Origin: Thermoanaerobaculia bacterium
Lineage (GTDB): Bacteria; Acidobacteriota; Thermoanaerobaculia; UBA5066
Reading direction: 5' to 3'
Assembly: GCA_963719225.1 (NCBI GenBank)
Contig: CAVRAY010000001.1
Coordinates: 3,488,001-3,552,000, forward strand
DNA: 64,000 nucleotides
Shown here: positions 58,707-64,000 of the stretch, in pieces
Numbering within the stretch: the stretch's first letter is position 1
Layout of the letters: each line of letters starts with the position of its first letter
Translations under genes and position numbers: made by a program
The notes under the pieces: generated by a model
The model's database searches: none
What the model saw: the letters and a program-made list of their open reading frames with translations, nothing else
What the model was told of the DNA's origin: nothing

Positions 58707-58748
58707 ACCTCGCCCACGCCCGGAAACCCAGCCGCAGGAGCACTTTGT

Positions 58749-58788
58749 GGGCACTCCCCTTGCCCTTCTGTGGTTATCGGTGTACTTT
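58749..58788 (+). promoter_or_regulatory. Putative promoter of HTH-EIIA/hyf operon (overlapping sigma54-like and sigma70-like matches)
   Basis: GGCAC-TCCCC-TTGC (GG-N10-GC) and TTGCCC-N17-TACTTT. Confidence 0.45.
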
Positions 58789-58826
58789 GTTGTCTAGCGT
58801 TGTCCATCTGTGACAGGCACGCAGAC

Positions 58827-59543
58827 ATGAGTCCCGAAACCCAGGCAGGCGACATCCTGACGATCAAGCAACTCTCCGAGTACCTCATGGTCTCGGAGAA
58901 GACGATCTATCGGATGCTCGACAAGGGTCTCCTGCCGGCCCTTCGCATCGGCGCGCAGTGGAGGTTTCGGAAGCGCGACATCGACGGCTGGCTGGACGAG
59001 CGGGTCAGAAAAGTGGAGGTCGAAGGTCAGAACGCGGTCCTCGAGGAGCTCGCGCCTTCGGAGATCGACATCCACCCGCTGCTTCTCCCGGAAAACGTCT
59101 GGCTCGACGTGCCGGCCCGGCCTCGAGACGAGCTCCTCTCCTGGATCGTCGACCATGCGACTCTCGAGCCCGGTGTCGACCGCCACGCGTTGTACGAATC
59201 GATTCGCGCGCGGGAGCTCGTCTGCTCGACCGCGCTCGTCGAGGACGCGGCCTTTCCCCATCCGAACGAAACCGCCGACTTCCGTTTTTCGCGAAAACGG
59301 ATCCTCCTCGCCGTCGTGCGCGAGAGGGTGGACTTTCACGATCCGAACGGCCACCGTCCCCGCGTCCTCGTGGTCATCCTCGCCCGGACGACCCAGGGCT
59401 ATCTCCTCACGATCTCGCGCGCGGTGAAGCTCTTCGGAAACGCTTCGCTGATCGGCCGCCTCACGGGAAGCACCACGGCCGAAGAGATCATCGGCTCCAT
59501 TCGTGACGCGGAGGAACGCCTGAAGGCGTCGGCTCTCAGGTGA
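58827..59543 (+). CDS. HTH_17 (excisionase-like) + PTS EIIA domain protein, copy 1
   Basis: LTIKQLSEYL..TIYR..IGAQWRF; STA...AAFPH phospho-His motif. Confidence 0.88.
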   Translation: MSPETQAGDILTIKQLSEYLMVSEKTIYRMLDKGLLPALRIGAQWRFRKRDIDGWLDERVRKVEVEGQNAVLEELAPSEIDIHPLLLPENVWLDVPARPRDELLSWIVDHATLEPGVDRHALYESIRARELVCSTALVEDAAFPHPNETADFRFSRKRILLAVVRERVDFHDPNGHRPRVLVVILARTTQGYLLTISRAVKLFGNASLIGRLTGSTTAEEIIGSIRDAEERLKASALR

Positions 59544-59556
59544 AAGGAGTCCCCGC

Positions 59557-60228
59557 GTGCGCGTGACGGTCCGCGAAGCCGCGGCGCTCCTCGACTCTCC
59601 CGAGGAGAAGGTCTACGCCTGGATCGAGTCCGGCGATCTGCCGGCGTACCGCATCAACGACCAGTACCGCATCAACCGGAGCGAGCTCCTGGAGTGGGCG
59701 ACCTCCCGCCACCTCCCCGTGGACCCCGCTCTGTTCCACGAAGAGGATGAGGACGAGCGCATCCCGTCGGTCGCCGAGAGCCTCGAGCGCGGAGGCGTCT
59801 TTCACGACGTCGCAGGAGCGACCCGGGAGGACGCGCTTCGCTCGGTCATCGCCCTCCTGAAGCTCGACGACGAAGGGGACCGGGAAGCGCTGCTCCAGCT
59901 CCTCCTCGCGCGGGACGCCGCGGCGGTCGTGCCGGTCGGCGACGGGATCGCGATTCCGCACGTGAGAAACCCGATCGCCCTGTCCGCCGACGAGCCGTCG
60001 TTGTCCCTCGCGTTTCTCCGGCAGCCCGTCGACTTCAACGCGCCGGACGGCAAGGGTGTCTTCGCGCTCTTCTTCCTCGTCAGCCCCACGACCCGCGTTC
60101 ACCTCCAGATGCTCGCGAAGATCGCGTTTCTCCTCGGCGACCCGCAATTTCGCGATGCGATTCGCGGCCGCGAACCGGCCGCCTCACTGATCGATCTGGC
60201 GCGGATCCTCGAAAAGGCGAAGGCGTGA
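59557..60228 (+). CDS. HTH_17 + PTS EIIA domain protein, copy 2
   Basis: TVREAAALL..VYAWI..LPAYRINDQYR; GDGIAIPH; VDFNAPDG. Confidence 0.9.
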   Translation: MRVTVREAAALLDSPEEKVYAWIESGDLPAYRINDQYRINRSELLEWATSRHLPVDPALFHEEDEDERIPSVAESLERGGVFHDVAGATREDALRSVIALLKLDDEGDREALLQLLLARDAAAVVPVGDGIAIPHVRNPIALSADEPSLSLAFLRQPVDFNAPDGKGVFALFFLVSPTTRVHLQMLAKIAFLLGDPQFRDAIRGREPAASLIDLARILEKAKA

Positions 60229-62207
60229 TGCCGTCGTCCCTCGCGCTCCTGGCCGTCGCGTCGGCACTCGTCGCCTTCAGCGGACTCCCCGGCCTGCTGA
60301 TTCCGGCCGGGACCCGGGCGGCGCAGCGCATCGCCACCTGGAGCCACGTCGTGGGCTGCGCCCTCGGCGTCTCGGCGGCGGGTTTCGCGCTCGCCGGCGG
60401 CACGTCGACGGCCGTCCTCGCGTGGCCTCTGCCAGGAGGCGCTCTCACCTTCACGCTGGACCGCCTCTCGGCGTTCTTCCTCGTCCCCGTCTTCGTCGTT
60501 GCCGGCCTCGGCTCGATCTACGGCGAGGGCTACTGGGTCGAGGCGCATCACCCGAAGAACGGAAGGAAGCTCCGCGTCTTCTACGGCCTCGCCACGGCGG
60601 GTCTCGCGCTCGTGATGGCGGCGGGTGACGCCTGGAGCTTCCTCGTCGGCTGGGAGATCGTCTCGCTCGCCGCCTTCTTCCTCGTGACGACGGATCAGGA
60701 CGACGCGGCGGCGCTCCGTGCGGGATGGATCTACTTCGTCTCCGCCCACGCGGGCACCCTGGTCCTCTTCGCGATGTTCGCGCTGCTGCGGGACGTCACG
60801 GGCGCGTGGCTCCTCGCGCCGTCCGCGGCGCTCGGCTCGTCGAGGCTCCTGACGCCGATCCTCCTCCTCGCGCTGGCCGGCTTCGGCCTCAAGGCCGGCG
60901 TGATCCCGCTCCACGTCTGGATCCCGGGCGCGCACGCGGCCGCTCCGAGCCACGTCTCGGCGCTGCTCTCGGGCGTCGTCCTCAAGATGGGGATCTACGG
61001 CCTCGTGCGGGTGCTCACGATGCTTCCGGCGTATCCCTCCTGGCTCGGTCTCGCGCTCGTGGCGCTCGGAGTCACGTCCGGCGTCCTCGGGGTCGTGATG
61101 GCGCTCGCGCAGCACGACCTCAAGCGCCTCCTCGCGTACCACTCGATCGAGAACATCGGCATCATCCTGATCGGACTCGGCGTGGGCGCGCTCGGCATGG
61201 CGCAGGGCCGGCTCGACTGGGCCATGCTCGGGTTCGCGGGCGGCCTCCTTCACGTCTGGAACCACGCTGCCTTCAAGGCGCTCCTCTTCCACGCGGCCGG
61301 CGCCGTGATCCACGAGACCGGCACCCGCGAGATCGACGCGCTCGGCGGCCTCTTCCGGCGGATGCGCTTCACGGGCGCTTCCTTTCTGCTCGGCGCGGTC
61401 GCGATCTCGGGCCTCCCCCCTCTCAACGGTTTCGTGAGCGAGTGGCTGATTTCCCTCGCGAGCTTCCGCGCGCTCACGGGCGCGACCGGAGGCGCCGGGA
61501 TGCTCGGGGCCGCCGTCGCGGCGCCCGCTCTCGCGCTCATCGGCGCGCTGGCGGTCGCGTGCTTCGTCAAGGCGTTCTCCGCCGTGTTCCTGGGGACGCC
61601 GAGAGGGCCGCACGCGGCGCGGGACGTCGCGGACGCGACCCGATCCATGCGCTTTTCGATGGGGACGCTCGCCGTGTCGTGCGCCGTGATCGGCCTCTGG
61701 CCGAACGGTGCGACGCGTGTGAGCCGTCTCGCCGCGGACGCTCTCGTCGGTGCACGAGGTGGCGCAGGCCCGAGCGCAGACCTCGGCTTTCTCGGCGCGG
61801 TGCCGCTCGTCCTCCTCGGCGTCATCGCCGTCGTCGCGATCGGAGGTGTGACGCTGATGAGGCCCGCCGCGCTCACGACGACGTGGGACTGCGGCTACGC
61901 GTCGGGAAGCCCGCGGATCCAGTACACGGCCTCGTCCTTCGCTGAAATGCTCGTGAGGCTGTTTCGCTGGGCCGTCCTGCCGGAGGAGCACCGGCCGCGC
62001 CTGAACGGTCCTTTTCCGGCGGCCGGCCCGCGCTTCGAGAGTCATGCGCCCGATCCGGCTTTGGATCGCGCCCTGCTTCCTCTCTTCGCGCGCGGGCGGT
62101 CGCTCCTCGGCCTCCTGCACGTCATCCAGGCCGGCCGCATCCAGACCTACCTCCTCTACATCGTCGTCACGCTCGTCGTCCTCCTCGCGTGGAGCTGGTC
62201 GTGGTGA
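60228..62207 (+). CDS. HyfB-like proton-conducting (Mrp/complex I antiporter-like) membrane subunit
   Basis: KAGVIPLHVWIPGAH..APSHVSALLSG, KRLLAYHSIENIG, NHAAFK, PPLNGFVSEW, TWDCGY. Confidence 0.92.
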   Translation: MPSSLALLAVASALVAFSGLPGLLIPAGTRAAQRIATWSHVVGCALGVSAAGFALAGGTSTAVLAWPLPGGALTFTLDRLSAFFLVPVFVVAGLGSIYGEGYWVEAHHPKNGRKLRVFYGLATAGLALVMAAGDAWSFLVGWEIVSLAAFFLVTTDQDDAAALRAGWIYFVSAHAGTLVLFAMFALLRDVTGAWLLAPSAALGSSRLLTPILLLALAGFGLKAGVIPLHVWIPGAHAAAPSHVSALLSGVVLKMGIYGLVRVLTMLPAYPSWLGLALVALGVTSGVLGVVMALAQHDLKRLLAYHSIENIGIILIGLGVGALGMAQGRLDWAMLGFAGGLLHVWNHAAFKALLFHAAGAVIHETGTREIDALGGLFRRMRFTGASFLLGAVAISGLPPLNGFVSEWLISLASFRALTGATGGAGMLGAAVAAPALALIGALAVACFVKAFSAVFLGTPRGPHAARDVADATRSMRFSMGTLAVSCAVIGLWPNGATRVSRLAADALVGARGGAGPSADLGFLGAVPLVLLGVIAVVAIGGVTLMRPAALTTTWDCGYASGSPRIQYTASSFAEMLVRLFRWAVLPEEHRPRLNGPFPAAGPRFESHAPDPALDRALLPLFARGRSLLGLLHVIQAGRIQTYLLYIVVTLVVLLAWSWSW

Positions 62208-63109
62208 GCTCGATCGCGATCCTCCTCGTCGTCCTCGCCTTCGCGCCGCTCCTCCTGGGCGTGATCAACAAGACGAAGGCCCTCGTGGCGGGCCGAAAGG
62301 GACCGCCCGTCGCCCAGGCCATTTACGACCTCGTCAAGCTGCTCCGCAAGGGGTTCGTCGTCAGCCGCACGACGACGTGGGTGTTCCTCGCGGGACCGGT
62401 CCTCTCCGTCGCGGCGCCTCTCGTCGCGCTGAGCCTCCTTCCGCTCGCGGGCCGGCCGGCGCTGCTCTCTTTCCCGGGCGACATGCTTCTCTTCGTCGGC
62501 GTCTTCGCGCTCGCGCGATTCTTCGTCGCCGCCGCGGCCATGGACACCGGGTCGCCGTTCGAAGGCATGGGCGCGGCGCGCGAGGTCACGTTCTCGGCCC
62601 TCGCGGAGCCGGCGCTCCTCTTCGGAATGCTCGCGCTCACGCGTCTCTCGGGCTCCCTGTCGCTGACGGGCATGCTCGACGTCCGGGCCGCCGGAGCGTG
62701 GCAGAAGGCGAGCGCGTCGGTCATCCTCATCCTCGCGAGCTGGTTCATCGTTCTCCTCGCCGAGAACGCGCGCGTGCCTTTCGACGACCCGAACACACAC
62801 CTCGAGCTCACGATGATCCACGAGGCGATGGTCCTCGATCACTCGGGACCCGCGCTCGGCTTCGTCCTCTACGGTTCGGCTCTCAAGCTCACGGCGTTCG
62901 CGGCGCTGCTCGTGACGCTCCTGATCCCAGCGCGCACGGGAGGAGGCGCCCTGGACCTCGCCTTCTTAGTGGGCGGCCTCGCCGCAATCGGCTTCGTCGT
63001 CGGGCTCGTGGAGTCGAGCATGGCGCGGCTCCGGTTCGTTCGCGTTCCCCAGCTCCTCGTCACCGCGACTCTGCTCGCGGGGTTCGCCGTGGTCCTTCTC
63101 GTGAGATGA
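62204..63109 (+). CDS. HyfC/HycD (NuoH-like) membrane subunit
   Basis: GRKGPP, DTGSPFEGMGAARE, ENARVPFDDPNTHLELTMIHEAM. Confidence 0.92.
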   Translation: MSSIAILLVVLAFAPLLLGVINKTKALVAGRKGPPVAQAIYDLVKLLRKGFVVSRTTTWVFLAGPVLSVAAPLVALSLLPLAGRPALLSFPGDMLLFVGVFALARFFVAAAAMDTGSPFEGMGAAREVTFSALAEPALLFGMLALTRLSGSLSLTGMLDVRAAGAWQKASASVILILASWFIVLLAENARVPFDDPNTHLELTMIHEAMVLDHSGPALGFVLYGSALKLTAFAALLVTLLIPARTGGGALDLAFLVGGLAAIGFVVGLVESSMARLRFVRVPQLLVTATLLAGFAVVLLVR

Positions 63110-63753
63110 CGATGCGAGAAGCCGCCTCCTCCGTCCTGATCCTCGCCGTCACGATGAACTTCCTCGCGCTCGGGACGTCGAACCTGAAGGCCTGCATCCG
63201 GGCCGCCGCCCTGCAGGGCCTCTTCGTGAGCGTCTTCCCGGTGCTCTTCACGCCGGCGCCTTCCCTGCGCCTCCTCGGCCTCGTCATCGTGGCGGGCATC
63301 GTCAAGGCCGTCGTGATTCCCGGGATGCTCACCAAGGCTCTCCGCGAGGTGCACATCAAGCACGAGATGGAGCCGTATCTCGGGCTCGTTCCGTCCGTCC
63401 TCCTTCTCGCCGCCGGGACGGGAGCTACGACGCTCTTCGCGAGCCGCCTCCCTCTCCAGCCGGCGCACCGCGACCTCCTCGTCGTGCCGGTGGCGCTCTC
63501 GACGCTCTTCGCCGGATTCCTCCTCCTCACGACGCGCCGCAAGGCCATCTCGCAGGTCACCGGCTACCTGATCCTCGAGAACGGGATCTTCGTCTTCGCG
63601 CAGCTTCTCCACGAGGCGATGCCGACGCTCGTCGAGGTCGGAGTCCTCCTGGACCTCCTCGTCGGGATCTTCGTCATGGGAATCGTCATGAACCACATCC
63701 AGCGGGAGTTCGGCTCCCTCGACACGGAACGGCTCGCGGAGCTGAGGGACTGA
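63106..63753 (+). CDS. HyfE-like membrane subunit
   Basis: KAVVIP, RRKAISQVTGYLILENGI, VEVGVLLD. Confidence 0.9.
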   Translation: MTMREAASSVLILAVTMNFLALGTSNLKACIRAAALQGLFVSVFPVLFTPAPSLRLLGLVIVAGIVKAVVIPGMLTKALREVHIKHEMEPYLGLVPSVLLLAAGTGATTLFASRLPLQPAHRDLLVVPVALSTLFAGFLLLTTRRKAISQVTGYLILENGIFVFAQLLHEAMPTLVEVGVLLDLLVGIFVMGIVMNHIQREFGSLDTERLAELRD

Positions 63754-63755
63754 CG

Positions 63756-64000
63756 ATGCTGCTCCTCGCTCTCATCGTCGTCCCGCTCCTCGCCGCTCTC
63801 GTGGTGTTCGTGACTCGCTCCGAGAAGGCCGCTCCCCTCATGGTCGCCGGCACGGCCGTCCTCCATCTGATCGGCTCTCTGGCCGTGAGGTCCGGCACCA
63901 CGACCCTCGGAGGCTGGTTCTCGGTCGATGCGCTCGGACACCTGATCCTCGACGTCGTCTCCGTCCTCTTCACGCTCTGCGCGCTCTACGGCGTCGAGTA
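63756..64000 (+). CDS. HyfF-like membrane subunit, 5' part only
   Basis: ATG 63756, hydrophobic N-terminus, WFSVDALG; operon order B-C-E-F. Confidence 0.75.
   Translation, partial: MLLLALIVVPLLAALVVFVTRSEKAAPLMVAGTAVLHLIGSLAVRSGTTTLGGWFSVDALGHLILDVVSVLFTLCALYGVE

Noticed and set aside
58827-60228. Excisionases marking a prophage or ICE
   Set aside because: The HTH_17 domains are fused to PTS EIIA; no integrase, att site or phage genes.
1-64000. tRNA, rRNA, IS elements, clear Rho-independent terminators
   Set aside because: None recognised. Intergenic gaps are short and I found no convincing stem plus U-tract; a covariance-model scan would be needed to exclude small RNAs.

Overview
High-GC bacterial chromosomal segment, probably from an Acidobacteriota (Thermoanaerobaculia-like) genome. 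That assignment is an inference from gene content and protein style. It is densely coding (about 50 CDS), and I saw no rRNA, tRNA, CRISPR array, transposase or integrase. Left to right: (1) an apparently lower-GC block (1-10.6 kb) with an ECF sigma factor coupled to a Ser/Thr kinase, a LuxR HTH and two large SBBP beta-propeller surface proteins; (2) a TonB-dependent receptor, a REC-PilZ protein, dCMP deaminase and a frameshifted ACE-like M2 peptidase; (3) a ketosynthase / chain-length-factor / thioesterase trio; (4) regulators, smc and more secreted repeat proteins; (5) an A1-type cytochrome c oxidase operon; (6) a kinase-TonB fusion, duplicated OmpA lipoproteins, mscL, glgP and two GT-C glycosyltransferases; (7) a cusCBA-like efflux operon; (8) a JAMM/sulfur-carrier/PLP/MoeB-rhodanese operon; (9) two HTH-PTS EIIA genes heading a Hyf/Ehr-like membrane complex cut by the window end. 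The best candidate for an undescribed system is a Cys-rich leader ORF whose stop codon lies in a long hairpin that also covers the Shine-Dalgarno site of the efflux operon, which suggests metal-sensing translational control. Other leads: a shared ~125-aa C-terminal domain on three unrelated secreted proteins, a dispersed (AAGAG)n-ATTTC element at gene starts, and a widespread leaderless-promoter signature. All annotation is by eye; no searches were run.
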